In this document: positions 46,053 through 55,781 of the stretch, piece by piece
Layout of the letters: every line of letters begins with the position of its first letter
How positions within the stretch are numbered: position 1 is the first letter of the stretch
Source of the DNA: Gemmatimonadales bacterium
GTDB lineage: Bacteria; Gemmatimonadota; Gemmatimonadetes; Gemmatimonadales; GWC2-71-9
DNA length: 60,581 nt
Assembly: GCA_025937755.1 (NCBI GenBank)
Contig: JAICQR010000002.1
Span: 1 to 60,581, forward strand
Direction: 5' to 3'
Program-made: the position numbers and the translations under genes
The notes under the pieces: generated by a model
Told to the model about the DNA's origin: nothing
Databases searched by the model: none
Seen by the model: the letters and a program-made list of their open reading frames with translations, nothing else

Positions 46053-46888
46053 TCGCCGGGCGGGATGCCCGGGTGTGGTTCGGTGCGCTCACACTGGGGC
46101 TGCTGGTGGCGTTGGCGCTGGCGGCACCGCTGGTCACCACCATTGGGCCGTCCGAACAGGAACAGGTGGTCGCCACCCGCTTCCTTCGACCCTTCGCCAC
46201 CGATATGAACGGCGTGCTCCATCCCCTCGGCACCGACCGGCTCGGGCGCGACGTCTGGTCCCGGCTGCTGCACGGCGCGCGTTTGTCGCTCGGCGTCGGC
46301 GCACTGGCGGTGTTCCTCTCCACCGTGCTCGGTGTGGTGATCGGTGCGGTGGCGGGAGCCAGCCGGGGGTTGCTTCGCGGCACGCTCCTGGGGCTCACCG
46401 ATTTCGCATTGGCGCTGCCGAGAGTGGTGCTGCTCCTGCTGCTGGCGGCGTTGTGGCGGCCGAGCGCGGCGCTGGTGGTGGTGGTGCTGGGGCTGACCGG
46501 GTGGATGAGCGTGGCGCGGCTGGTGTATGGCGAAGCGCGCGGAGTGATGGCAAAGCCGTTTGTCGAAAGCGCGCGCGCGCTGGGGGGACGGCGGCTGCGC
46601 ATCGTGGGCCGGCATGTGCTGCCGAACGTGCTCACACCGGCGCTGGTGGCGGCGGCGCTGGGCTTCGGGAATGCCATCATGCTGGAAGCGGGATTGTCAT
46701 TCCTGGGCGTGGGCGTCCAGCCGCCCGCTGCGTCGTGGGGAACCATGATCGCGAGCGGCCGGGACACGCTGGTCAACGCGCCCTGGGTGTCACTCGCGCC
46801 CGGGATCGCGCTGGTACTGGTGGTGGTGGCGTCCACGCTGCTGAGCGATGGCCTGCAGGATGCCTACGACCCGGCACGCCGGCGCTAG
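46049..46888 (+). CDS. ABC transporter permease (DppC/OppC-like)
   Basis: In-frame GTG 46049 of ORF 44678..46888 (GTGA overlap with the previous stop). HPLGTDRLGRDVWSRLLHG, and EAA loop ESARALGGRRLRIVGRHVLPN. Confidence 0.85.
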   Translation: MIAGRDARVWFGALTLGLLVALALAAPLVTTIGPSEQEQVVATRFLRPFATDMNGVLHPLGTDRLGRDVWSRLLHGARLSLGVGALAVFLSTVLGVVIGAVAGASRGLLRGTLLGLTDFALALPRVVLLLLLAALWRPSAALVVVVLGLTGWMSVARLVYGEARGVMAKPFVESARALGGRRLRIVGRHVLPNVLTPALVAAALGFGNAIMLEAGLSFLGVGVQPPAASWGTMIASGRDTLVNAPWVSLAPGIALVLVVVASTLLSDGLQDAYDPARRR

Positions 46889-46914
46889 CCAGCTTCGAGT
46901 CGGATTTCACCCAA

Positions 46915-49512
46915 TTACCGAACCAGGTAAGTCACGATCTCGTGCGGCCCGGCGAGGATCTCCAGCACCCCGTCGGCGGTGATCGACGCGGGCCCCTGGG
47001 GCGTCTCGTCGGCGCGGGCACGTGCGGCGCTGGCCGGCGGCGGCGAGATGATCCAGCGTCCGGCGACCGGCTCGTCCCGCAGATTGACCGCGCGCAGCAC
47101 CATGGCATCGCCCCGCTCCGACGGCTTGATCGCGCTCACCACCAGGCCCTCTCCCTGCAGGGCAATGCCGGCATTCGCCGGCGGCGACACCACTGCACCT
47201 CGCAGCACCCGCGCGGCCGGCAGCAGGAAGGCGCGTTCCCACAACTGATGCAATGCATCAGGCCGCGCCGACTGCGGCAACGGTGCGATCGCGATCTCCA
47301 CCCTGCCGGGGCCCTGGCACTGCGCCTCCGGAGTAGACGTGGGCCACGCTGCGTGCCCTGGCCGGGCGGCAAGGTCTCCCCGCGACAATTCGCCCACGGA
47401 CCGCAGCAACGTGAAGCAGAGATGACCTGCCTCGGTCCACTCGTACTCGAAATGCCCTGGAGCAAGCAAGGCGATCGCCCCGCGAGAGCCCGCCGCCGCC
47501 ACATAGCGCTGTGCTGGTGCAGTACCGGCGGATTGCTCCGCGCCGCCGCCGGCATCGCGCTCCTGCGCTCGGCGCTCGACCACGAAGGCTGATCCCGCCA
47601 CCGCCGGACCGCGCGGCTTTCCCAGAGGAAACCGCAGCCGGAGCCGCCGGTCCCTCCCCCGATTGTCCCAGTCGATCATCAGACGAACGAAGGGCTCGCC
47701 CCCTCGCAGTTCGAGTGTCACTGCGCCGGCACACTCGGCATCCGTGAATTCATTGCGGACGGCACCCAGCAATGGCCCCTCGGCCAGCACGCGCCAGCTG
47801 GAGAATCGCTCGATGCGCCGCACCGGCCCCGGAAGCTCGGCGGTATAGCAATCGCCTGTGTCGGGCTCACTCTCCACCTGCGCCAGGCCTTCGAGGCCGT
47901 TTCGGCCGGGCAGCGCAGCCAGCGCGAATGTTCCATCGGAGGAAAGTGCGGCTCGAAGTGCCGAGTGCTCGAGTGCGTGCTCCGTGGCGCGGACCCCTCC
48001 GTCCGAAGCAGCAGCGATACTCCTGCCCGGCACGATACGGAGACCAGCGATCCCGAGGCCTCCGACAGCCGGCGCACGGAACGCCAGCCGCACGACCTCG
48101 ACCGCATCCGCATCGGGATAGCGATGCCGCGCATCTCGGCGTTCGATGCCCTGACGCCGGCCGAGCGTCTGTGTCGCCACCGCGCTGCCATCGCGCGCGA
48201 TCAGCGTGATCTCCGCCGGGGCCACCGCTTCGCGCGCTGTCCGCCCGCGGGGCGGCCCCACCAGGATATCGCGCAGGAAGAGCGGGATATCGGCGGTGAC
48301 GACCGCGCCAGCGGTGACGGCGCGCGGATTGAACACCAGCATGGTGCCGTCGGAACTCGCGGTCCCCACCACCACATCGGGATCGTACCCAACCAGCCGG
48401 TGCACCGCGCTGGAGATGATCTCCCTGCCCAGTGCCACTGCGTTCTCCACCCGCCGTGCCGCCTCCTGTGCAACGCTGTCCGCAACCGTGCCGGCACTGG
48501 TATCGTGGAACTGGTTGGAGACGAGGGGCTCCCACGCAGCGCGCAGCAGCGCGGCCTGGCGCGGGTTGTCGCCCGCCCTGCCGGCCATCGCGGCCAGTGG
48601 CTCGGCCCCACGCTCGAGCCAGAGTTCCGCCCGGCTCTGCGCGCGCTTCAGCGGCAGCCGGGTGCCGTGTATCCCTTGCAGCGCCCACACGTGGCGCGTG
48701 GTACGGCGCAATTCGCCGCGCACCGGTGCGATGTCCGGGCCCAGTTCTCGTTCGGTCGCTTCGAGGCAGTCGGCCAGGGACGAGACGACCACCCTGGCAT
48801 CGGGTTCCAGCCGGGCGAGCGCCGAGGCGAGCGCTGCAAGGTCCAGTCGTGGGGCGTGGTGATCGGCGCCGATGAAGACCGCGACCTGACTGGTCGATGC
48901 CCGGCTGACCAGCGTGTGCCGTACCGCGGGCCAGGCGCGCGCAAGGGCTGTGGGATCGGTTGGAAGCCCCGCGCCGATTTCGTAGCCATCGGGCGACAGG
49001 TGATACGTGCGCAGGTCGCGACCGTCGGGCGCCCGCCAGCGGAATACGTCCCGTGCGCCGCCATAGCCGCGCCAGATCAGCGCCCACTCGAGGCCAAACT
49101 CGCGCGCGAGCGCCGGCAGCGCGGCCGGATGGCCGAACGCGTCGGGCGCGTAGCAGACGTGCGCGCGGCCGCCCAGCGCGGCGGTCGTGGCGGTCCCACG
49201 AAGAAGATTGCGGATCAGTGCCTCGGCTGACGGGACGAAGCCGTCGGGCAGGACCCACCAGGGGCCGGTGGCAAGCAGCCCGGCGCGCACGTGTGACGCC
49301 ACCTCACCCCGGCGTTCGGGTCGTACCGCGAGATAATCGGCCAGCAGCGCAGCCTGACCGTCGAGCAGGAAGGGCGCTGCGGTCCCGGCGGATGCAGCAT
49401 CGAGCCAGCTGTCGATTGCTTCCACCAGTCGCGGCAGCAGCCGGGCGCGTGAGAGGTACCACTCGCGGTCCCAGTGGGTGTGCGAAATCAGGTGAAAAGT
49501 GAGCGGCTGCAT
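46915..49512 (-). CDS. glycoside hydrolase family 38 alpha-mannosidase-like
   Basis: N-terminus HLISHTHWDREWY and DAFGHPAALP, typical of the GH38 catalytic domain. 865 aa. Confidence 0.85.
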   Translation of the reverse strand: MQPLTFHLISHTHWDREWYLSRARLLPRLVEAIDSWLDAASAGTAAPFLLDGQAALLADYLAVRPERRGEVASHVRAGLLATGPWWVLPDGFVPSAEALIRNLLRGTATTAALGGRAHVCYAPDAFGHPAALPALAREFGLEWALIWRGYGGARDVFRWRAPDGRDLRTYHLSPDGYEIGAGLPTDPTALARAWPAVRHTLVSRASTSQVAVFIGADHHAPRLDLAALASALARLEPDARVVVSSLADCLEATERELGPDIAPVRGELRRTTRHVWALQGIHGTRLPLKRAQSRAELWLERGAEPLAAMAGRAGDNPRQAALLRAAWEPLVSNQFHDTSAGTVADSVAQEAARRVENAVALGREIISSAVHRLVGYDPDVVVGTASSDGTMLVFNPRAVTAGAVVTADIPLFLRDILVGPPRGRTAREAVAPAEITLIARDGSAVATQTLGRRQGIERRDARHRYPDADAVEVVRLAFRAPAVGGLGIAGLRIVPGRSIAAASDGGVRATEHALEHSALRAALSSDGTFALAALPGRNGLEGLAQVESEPDTGDCYTAELPGPVRRIERFSSWRVLAEGPLLGAVRNEFTDAECAGAVTLELRGGEPFVRLMIDWDNRGRDRRLRLRFPLGKPRGPAVAGSAFVVERRAQERDAGGGAEQSAGTAPAQRYVAAAGSRGAIALLAPGHFEYEWTEAGHLCFTLLRSVGELSRGDLAARPGHAAWPTSTPEAQCQGPGRVEIAIAPLPQSARPDALHQLWERAFLLPAARVLRGAVVSPPANAGIALQGEGLVVSAIKPSERGDAMVLRAVNLRDEPVAGRWIISPPPASAARARADETPQGPASITADGVLEILAGPHEIVTYLVR

Positions 49513-49633
49513 GCGATCTCAGGCCCGTCCGCGCAATCTCGTGAGTTTACAAATCGGAACAACCTTCCTACAGTTGTTGACGTTCCCATGTGACAGGCGT
49601 TGCTCGTGGCCTCGCTTGCCAGGATTCCCGCCC

Positions 49634-50692
49634 ATGCGATTTCCAGTCTCCGAGCCGCTACCGGACGGCTCGGCACGGTGTCTTGTTGTGGACGCCGATC
49701 CCGACGTGCGCGAAGCCCTGACGTGTCTGCTGGAAGCCCAGGGCTTCAGCTGCCACTCGGCGGCGTCCGGGCTCGATGCCCTGCGCCAGCTCTCGCGCGA
49801 GCGCGACCTGCCACTGATCATCTCCGACCTCCGGGTGCCCGACCTCGACGGCTTCCGCTTCCTCGCGGAAGTGCACGACCGCTCGCCTGACGCCGCGGTC
49901 ATCCTGATGAGCGCTGCCGCCGATGCGCCCACCGCGGTGGAGTGCATGCGGCAGGGCGCGTCGGACTTCCTGCTCAAGCCGGTTTCCCTTCATGAGCTCG
50001 AGGCCCGCGTCACCAGCGCCCTCGAAAAACGTGCGCTCCTGCTCCGCGACCGGTTCTACCAGCAGCACCTCGAATCCCGACTCCAGACCCAGGCCAACCG
50101 CATCAAGGAGCTGTTCCTCCAGGGCGTGCAGTTGCTGGCTCGCGCACTCGAGGCCAAGGACGCCTATACCCGGGGCCACAGCATTCGGGTGAGCCACTAT
50201 GCGGTCGCAACCGCGCGCCGGATGGGCGTGAAGGGTCCGTCGCTGGACGACATCCGGCTCGGCGGCGAGCTGCATGACATTGGCAAGATCGGCACCCGCG
50301 AAGCTGTGCTGCACAAGCCCGGCAGCCTCACGGAGGCGGAAGTGGGACAGATACGCGAGCACGTCACGCTTGGCGAACAGATGCTGTCCCCCCTGGCCCA
50401 CGAGTCACCCACCGTGCTGCGCTGCGTTCGCTCCCATCACGAGCGAATGGACGGGAAGGGATTCCCGGACGGCCTCGCCGGCGGCAAGATTCCCATCGAG
50501 GCCCGCATCATCGCCGTCGCCGACGCGTTCGACGCCATGACCACCCTCCGCCCGTATCGCTCGCCGTTCTCACCCGACACCGCGCTCCATGAGCTCCGCC
50601 GCGTCTCCGGCACCCAGCTCGACGCCGAGGTGGTGCTGGCGTTCAACGACATCTATCCGGACCTCCAGGCCCTGGTGCCGGCGACACTGTAG
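49634..50692 (+). CDS. response regulator with HD-GYP phosphodiesterase domain
   Basis: ORF 49499..50692 trimmed to M46 (MRFPVSE). Receiver domain (VVDADPD...IISDLRVPDLDG...LLKP). HD-GYP domain (GHSIRV, ELHDIGKIG, HHERMDGKGFPDGL); the GYP motif reads GFP. Confidence 0.85.
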   Translation: MRFPVSEPLPDGSARCLVVDADPDVREALTCLLEAQGFSCHSAASGLDALRQLSRERDLPLIISDLRVPDLDGFRFLAEVHDRSPDAAVILMSAAADAPTAVECMRQGASDFLLKPVSLHELEARVTSALEKRALLLRDRFYQQHLESRLQTQANRIKELFLQGVQLLARALEAKDAYTRGHSIRVSHYAVATARRMGVKGPSLDDIRLGGELHDIGKIGTREAVLHKPGSLTEAEVGQIREHVTLGEQMLSPLAHESPTVLRCVRSHHERMDGKGFPDGLAGGKIPIEARIIAVADAFDAMTTLRPYRSPFSPDTALHELRRVSGTQLDAEVVLAFNDIYPDLQALVPATL

Positions 50693-50694
50693 AA

Positions 50695-50775
50695 GTGTGA
50701 GAGTGTGGGAGTGTAAGAGTGTGCCAGTGTGCGGGCACTCCCATACTCGCATACTTCAACACTCTCACACTCTTA
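50695..50775 (+). repeat. octamer-periodic inverted-repeat element C (arms adjacent, no spacer)
   Basis: Left arm GTGTGAGA GTGTGGGA GTGTAAGA GTGTGCCA GTGTGCGG (50695-50734). Right arm CACTCCCA TACTCGCA TACTTCAA CACTCTCA CACTCTTA (50736-50775). It starts 3 nt after the HD-GYP stop and includes the DUF58 stop at 50773-50775. Confidence 0.85.
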
Positions 50776-52083
50776 GAGCAGCCCCCTCCGCTTCAGCTGG
50801 TGATACCCCTCCACCACCGCGTCCGCGGCCGCATCCGGCGGCACATCCAGCACCAGCACTCCCTGCCGGCGCATGAGCGCCAAGGCGTCGCTTCGCGCCT
50901 GCAGCAGGTTCTCGGCGGCGGCGCGCTCGAATGCGTCGGCCTCGGTCGCAGGACGGGCCGTAGCGGTGCGCTCCAGCGCGGGGTCGCGCAACGTCACCGC
51001 CACCGGCAGGTGCCTCGGGCGCAGTGAACCAGTCTGGGCCACCAGCGCCGAACTTGCCGCACGGTCGATGACATCAGTGAACAGAACCGTGAGCGCACGG
51101 CGACGGCTGCGGAGGGCCAATTGCCGGAATGCCGCGGGGTAGTTGCTCTCCTCCAGACGTCCCTCCACTGCGGCCAGCGCACCCAGGACCGCCCGCAATC
51201 CCCGCCGCCCGCGGCGCGGCGGTGTGAAGGACTGCACGGTATCGGCAAAGACCAGGATGCCGATGTCATCATCCTGCTCCACGGCGGCATGTGCCAGGCG
51301 CAGCGCAGCACCGATGGCCCGTTCGAGCCTGGGGGTGCCATCGGATTCGGCGGCAAGCAGCCGTCCAGCATCGAGCACCAGCAGCACCTGTTGCCGGCGT
51401 TCATCCTCGTAGATCCGGGCCATCGGCTTCCCGCGGCGAGCAGTAGCCTTCCAGTCGATGATGCGCGTGTCGTCGCCCTGCACCCACTCGCGCAGACCCT
51501 CGAACATCCGGCCCTCACCCGGCCGCCGGGCGGTGCGCTGCCCCGCCTCGCGCCGCCGTTGGGCCTGGGTCGGCAGGCCGCGACGAGCGACGCCGGTCAG
51601 CGATGGAAAGACGGTCGCGTCCCAGGGGAGGTCGAGCCGGGACTGCCGCCATGCGAGACCCCATGGACCCAGGCGGCGAAGCCCGATGCGACCGCCGCTG
51701 TCCTGGCCTCTGCGCAGCGGCGTGATGTCGACCCGCTCGTCGGTGAATCCCGGCTGCAGCAGCAGTCGCCGCTCAGGAAGCGCATTACCGCCCAGTGGCT
51801 CGGGCCACCACTCGCGGACGCGGATCTCCTGGGTCCGGTTCCCGCCCAGTGCCCAGCGATAGCGCACCGGGAAGGTGCGGCCCTCCGAGAACGCCGGCGG
51901 CGCTGTGCGCGAGACATCGACCGGCCATCGGCCAGCGGCCAAGCCGTCGCGAACAAGGGCCGCGAGCCACAGCGCCTGCAGCAGCAGCGACCATGGCGCA
52001 GCACCGGGCCACCAGAGGCCCAGCAGCGCCAGGCAGGCAATACCGCCCGCCACCGCGAGCCATCGCGGGGTCGGAATGATCAC
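50773..52083 (-). CDS. DUF58 (vWA-like) domain protein
   Basis: Two N-terminal TM helices. GEGRMFEGLREWVQGDDTRIIDWKATARRGKPMARIYEDE is the DUF58 signature. GTGA overlap with the MoxR stop. Confidence 0.85.
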   Translation of the reverse strand: MIIPTPRWLAVAGGIACLALLGLWWPGAAPWSLLLQALWLAALVRDGLAAGRWPVDVSRTAPPAFSEGRTFPVRYRWALGGNRTQEIRVREWWPEPLGGNALPERRLLLQPGFTDERVDITPLRRGQDSGGRIGLRRLGPWGLAWRQSRLDLPWDATVFPSLTGVARRGLPTQAQRRREAGQRTARRPGEGRMFEGLREWVQGDDTRIIDWKATARRGKPMARIYEDERRQQVLLVLDAGRLLAAESDGTPRLERAIGAALRLAHAAVEQDDDIGILVFADTVQSFTPPRRGRRGLRAVLGALAAVEGRLEESNYPAAFRQLALRSRRRALTVLFTDVIDRAASSALVAQTGSLRPRHLPVAVTLRDPALERTATARPATEADAFERAAAENLLQARSDALALMRRQGVLVLDVPPDAAADAVVEGYHQLKRRGLL

Positions 52084-53066
52084 GCCCTGGGCGCCTCGAC
52101 CCGCTCGATCGCGGAAGCAAGCGCGGCGTCGGCGGTGACGCCTTCGAGTTCCAGCTCGGGCGCGACCATCACCCGGTGGCGCAGCACCGCCGGTGCGGCA
52201 CCCTTGACGTCGTCCGGAATCACGAACGCCCTTCCGGCCAGCATCGCCCCGGCCTGGGCCATCTTGAGCAGGCCCACGCTCGCCCGGGGCGATGCGCCCA
52301 GCGTCAGGGCCGGCGCATCACGCGTGGCCCGCACCAGCGCAGTGATGTACTGGAGCAGCGCCGACTCCACCCGCACCCGCCGCACCGCAGCACGCAACTC
52401 GGTCACGCCGGCACGATCGAGGACCTGCTGCACGCCGTAGGACGATGGATCGTCCGCCTCGAAGCCGCCGACCACGCGGGCCAGGAGTCCGGTCTCGGTG
52501 TCGGCGGACGGGTATCCCAGCAGCACCTTCACCAGGAACCGGTCCAGTTCCGCCTCGGGCAAGGGATAGGTGCCTTCGAACTCGATGGGGTTCTGGGTCG
52601 CAAACACGGTGAACGCCTCGGGCAGCGGATGGGAAACGCCGTCGACGGTGGCGCGGCGTTCCTGCATCGCCTCCAGCAGCGCCGCCTGGGTCTTGGCGGG
52701 AGCGCGGTTGATCTCGTCGGCGAGCAGGAGGTCGCCAAAGATCGGACCGGGCCGAAAGGTGAACTCGCCGCCCGCGCCAAGCACGTTCGCGCCGGTCACG
52801 TCGGAAGGCATGAGGTCCGGGGTGAACTGCACCCGGCGGAAGGAGAGCCCCAGCACTTCACCCAGGGTACGCACCATCAGCGTCTTGGCGGTGCCCGGCA
52901 CCCCCTCGAGCAGCACGTGCCCGCGGGCGAGGAAGGCGGAGAACGTTTCCTCGAGCACGCGCTCCTGGCCCAGCACCACGTGTCCAACCGATGCGAGCAC
53001 GGAGCGTGCGCGCTCCGCGTGCGCTTCGGCTTCCTGTCCGGTCAACTCGGCCTGAGATCCTGCCAC
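52080..53066 (-). CDS. MoxR-like AAA+ ATPase
   Basis: Walker A GVPGTAKT, Walker B LLADEINRA, and ATQNPIEFEGTYPLPEAELDRF. I prefer the GTG 53066 start, which places Walker A near residue 56 as in MoxR proteins. The ORF-track start 53129 is the alternative. Confidence 0.85.
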   Translation of the reverse strand: MAGSQAELTGQEAEAHAERARSVLASVGHVVLGQERVLEETFSAFLARGHVLLEGVPGTAKTLMVRTLGEVLGLSFRRVQFTPDLMPSDVTGANVLGAGGEFTFRPGPIFGDLLLADEINRAPAKTQAALLEAMQERRATVDGVSHPLPEAFTVFATQNPIEFEGTYPLPEAELDRFLVKVLLGYPSADTETGLLARVVGGFEADDPSSYGVQQVLDRAGVTELRAAVRRVRVESALLQYITALVRATRDAPALTLGASPRASVGLLKMAQAGAMLAGRAFVIPDDVKGAAPAVLRHRVMVAPELELEGVTADAALASAIERVEAPRA

Positions 53067-54211
53067 ACATCCTCCACGGCTAAGGCGGCGTCGCGCACCG
53101 TGCCGGCGCCCGACGCATCGTGAACCCACTGGCGAAGTCGTGTCACCGCGTCGCGGCCCTCGGCGGTCCGCATCACCGGTTCGAGGCCGGCAAGCCAGGC
53201 ATCCTGCTGCGCACGCGGCAGCTCTCCCTGCCGCCCGAGCCTGCGATGGAGCCCCTGTACCATTGCGGCGACGGCCACCTGGTGTCCCCGTGCAGCACCC
53301 AGCGCGGTAGCGAGCGCACGCACGTGCTCCAGCGCCGAACGGCGGCTGGGCCGTGGCAGGCGCTGGGTAGGGCCGAAGCGAATGGCCGCTGCGGCGAGCG
53401 CGAGCATCAGCAGCAAGGCGAGCTGTAACAGGGTCCAGCGCGCCGATGAGTCCTGAAGCCAGTCCCGCGCCGCAGCCAGCATTCCGCCGCCTGGGCCGAA
53501 ACCATGGACCGACTCATCCACCAGAATCTCGTCCACCCGGCCGGCAACCAGGCCGAGAGTGAACTCTCCAGCGCGAGTATCGCGGAGGGCGGCGTTGCTG
53601 AAGAGACTACCGTCGGCCACCAGCGTGACCCGTCCGCCCGAGGCCAGCTGCAGTCGCACCGCCGCCGGCTGAGAGTCGCCGGCAAACAGAAGCACTCCCG
53701 AGCTGATAACGCCTCGAGCGCAGACCGCGTCGGTCCCGTCGTCCGATGACGGCGCTTCTTCGAATCCCAGGCTGGTGCGCACCAGCACTGCAGTGATGCG
53801 CATGCTGGAGGAGTCATTCGTCGGCCGGGGAATCACGTTCTGGACAGACCATCCGACGCATTCCATCACCGGTGCGGCGCCTCGTCCCGCGACCAGAAGC
53901 TCGGTGCCGGAGTCGGCCAGCGCTATCAGGCGGGCAGCGGTCCATGCCGATATGGGCCGCGAAGGATCGAGCAGTGCCAGCATCGCCGGCGGCGAGGCCG
54001 GTGGTTCCCAGCTCCGGTGGCGCCCGACTTTCACTCCCATCCGTTCCAGCGCGGTCGCCCATGCACGGGCACCGTAGGGTCCTGTCAGGTAGGTGGACCT
54101 GCGTCCGTCACTGGTGTCCGGGCCGCCCGCCCGAATGCCGAGGCCTGCGGCAAGGGCTCCGAGCAGGAGCATGACAACGATCCCGATCGCAAGTTCAACC
54201 CGCGGCCGCAT
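53042..54211 (-). CDS. DUF4350-like membrane-anchored protein
   Basis: ORF 53042..54277 trimmed to M23 (MRPRVELAIGIVVMLLLG). N-terminal TM, a globular domain, and a second TM (WTLLQLALLLMLALAAAAI), the pattern of DUF4350 partners of MoxR/DUF58. Confidence 0.65.
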   Translation of the reverse strand: MRPRVELAIGIVVMLLLGALAAGLGIRAGGPDTSDGRRSTYLTGPYGARAWATALERMGVKVGRHRSWEPPASPPAMLALLDPSRPISAWTAARLIALADSGTELLVAGRGAAPVMECVGWSVQNVIPRPTNDSSSMRITAVLVRTSLGFEEAPSSDDGTDAVCARGVISSGVLLFAGDSQPAAVRLQLASGGRVTLVADGSLFSNAALRDTRAGEFTLGLVAGRVDEILVDESVHGFGPGGGMLAAARDWLQDSSARWTLLQLALLLMLALAAAAIRFGPTQRLPRPSRRSALEHVRALATALGAARGHQVAVAAMVQGLHRRLGRQGELPRAQQDAWLAGLEPVMRTAEGRDAVTRLRQWVHDASGAGTVRDAALAVEDVWQDLRPS

Positions 54212-54803
54212 GCCACTCCTTTGCCGCCTGCTCGCGCCAGCCTGCCCACTCGGCGGCGCCGAAGTGGCCTCCGCCAAACGCCGCCAGGTACATCCGTGCC
54301 ACCAGTGAACCCAGTCGGCTTCGTCCCTCCTCGCTGACCCGGGCGCTGCGTGCCACTTCCGCCGGCGTCAGGGAAGTCTGGTACTGCAGCAGGCCCCGGC
54401 GATCGAGATCGCGTGCCAGCGCAACAAACGCCAGCTGCGCCGCATCGGCGTACTGATGTGCTGCGGCGAGGCGATCGGCCTCGCGCCAGTACCACGCGGC
54501 ATCACGAACCCGCACCTCGCGGACGGGACCCTGTGCGCCGGCTGCAGCCTGTGCACCGCGGACTGTGCGAACCAGGATCCAGACTCCATGCGCGAGGATC
54601 ACCAGCAGCAGTCCCACAAGCAGAGCGATGAGGAAGCGATAGAGCGCAGGGTGATTCCCCTCGAGACGGGAAAGCCAGCCCAGCAGCGCCAGCCAGCGGT
54701 CCGCGATCCACGACAGTTCCGAGGACGGCGAGTCCCAGGCGTACGCCGGATCCCGAAACACGGAATCCAGGACGGCGCGAACCGAGTCGGCCGGGATCTG
54801 CAC
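54195..54803 (-). CDS. DUF4129-like membrane protein
   Basis: GTG start. TM LIALLVGLLLVILAHGVWIL. C-terminal helical domain with LTPAEVARSA...LVARMYLAAFGG, typical of DUF4129. Confidence 0.7.
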   Translation of the reverse strand: MQIPADSVRAVLDSVFRDPAYAWDSPSSELSWIADRWLALLGWLSRLEGNHPALYRFLIALLVGLLLVILAHGVWILVRTVRGAQAAAGAQGPVREVRVRDAAWYWREADRLAAAHQYADAAQLAFVALARDLDRRGLLQYQTSLTPAEVARSARVSEEGRSRLGSLVARMYLAAFGGGHFGAAEWAGWREQAAKEWHAAAG

Positions 54804-54806
54804 GCT

Positions 54807-55658
54807 TCAGGCGGTGGCCACCTGGCCGGCGAGCATCTCGAGATCGAATGCCTCGCGCCTCACCCGCAGGTCGAAGTAGAGCAGCGTGATCACGCAGTAC
54901 AGCAGTGGAGTGAGGAGCAGGGAGATCGCGTACTGCAGCACGAATACGGGCAAGGCGCCGTCGCTGTCGGCCGACGTCGCGAACCCGAACAGGAGGCCGA
55001 CGCCGATATACGGGATCATCAGGATCAGCAGGAAGACGAACAACGTGAACGCAACGCGCAGGCGACGGCCCTTCGTCAAGGCCCAGGAGCGGCTCAGCGC
55101 AGCACCGGCGTTGCGATGCTCAACGATGAGCGCGGGCAGGCTCACCGCGAGAGCTGACGCCACGATGACGGGCAGCACCATCAGCGCGAGCCCCACCAGC
55201 ATCAGGCCGAGCGCCGCCCCTGCGGCGCCCATGGACGGCGATCCACCGCCCTGGGCCGAGACCGCGGCCAGGCCGCCGCCAGCCGCAATCGAGAGGAGGG
55301 CGGGCATGGCGCTGATCATCAGCACGAGGCCCAGCAGCAACGACACCGCGATCACCGCGCCCACGCGCGGGAGTGAGCGGCGGATCGAGTCGCCGGCCGA
55401 AAGCTCGCGCCCGAGGTAGCGCTCGGCGATGAGCAGCGCTGTCGCAGCGCTCGCCAGTGAAGAGAGCACGAAGCCCAGCAGCGCGAACAGGAAGTACCAT
55501 CCACTCAGCTCGCGCCCGCTTCCAACGAAGTACAGCTGGAACGGATATACCGGGGCGACGCAGATCAGCTGGATCAGCAGCAGCGGCACCAGCAGGCGGC
55601 GGTAAATGCCGAATGAGCGGTCGAGCGTCTCACCGACAGAGAGCGGACGGAGGTCCAT
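54807..55658 (-). CDS. polytopic membrane protein (YciC/DUF975-like)
   Basis: ORF 54807..55757 trimmed to M34 (MDLRPLSVGETLDRSFGIYRR). About 6 TM helices. C-terminus LLYFDLRVRREAFDLE. Confidence 0.65.
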   Translation of the reverse strand: MDLRPLSVGETLDRSFGIYRRLLVPLLLIQLICVAPVYPFQLYFVGSGRELSGWYFLFALLGFVLSSLASAATALLIAERYLGRELSAGDSIRRSLPRVGAVIAVSLLLGLVLMISAMPALLSIAAGGGLAAVSAQGGGSPSMGAAGAALGLMLVGLALMVLPVIVASALAVSLPALIVEHRNAGAALSRSWALTKGRRLRVAFTLFVFLLILMIPYIGVGLLFGFATSADSDGALPVFVLQYAISLLLTPLLYCVITLLYFDLRVRREAFDLEMLAGQVATA

Positions 55659-55781
55659 GGCGCTGTTCACTGGCGGTCTCCGGTCGAGGTGACGGGTTGA
55701 GGGAGGAATTCCCGAAAGGTGGCCCTGTTGGGGCCGTGGCGCGAGTGGCGGAGGCACGCTCGCCGGGCCTACGTTGTGTGC

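Noticed and set aside
53067-53129. Longer MoxR N-terminus starting at the ORF-track position 53129
   Set aside because: The extra 21 residues (MGSRCVGRRHGARRRLSRGGC) are Arg-rich, overlap the upstream gene further, and push Walker A later than in typical MoxR proteins. It is kept as an alternative only.
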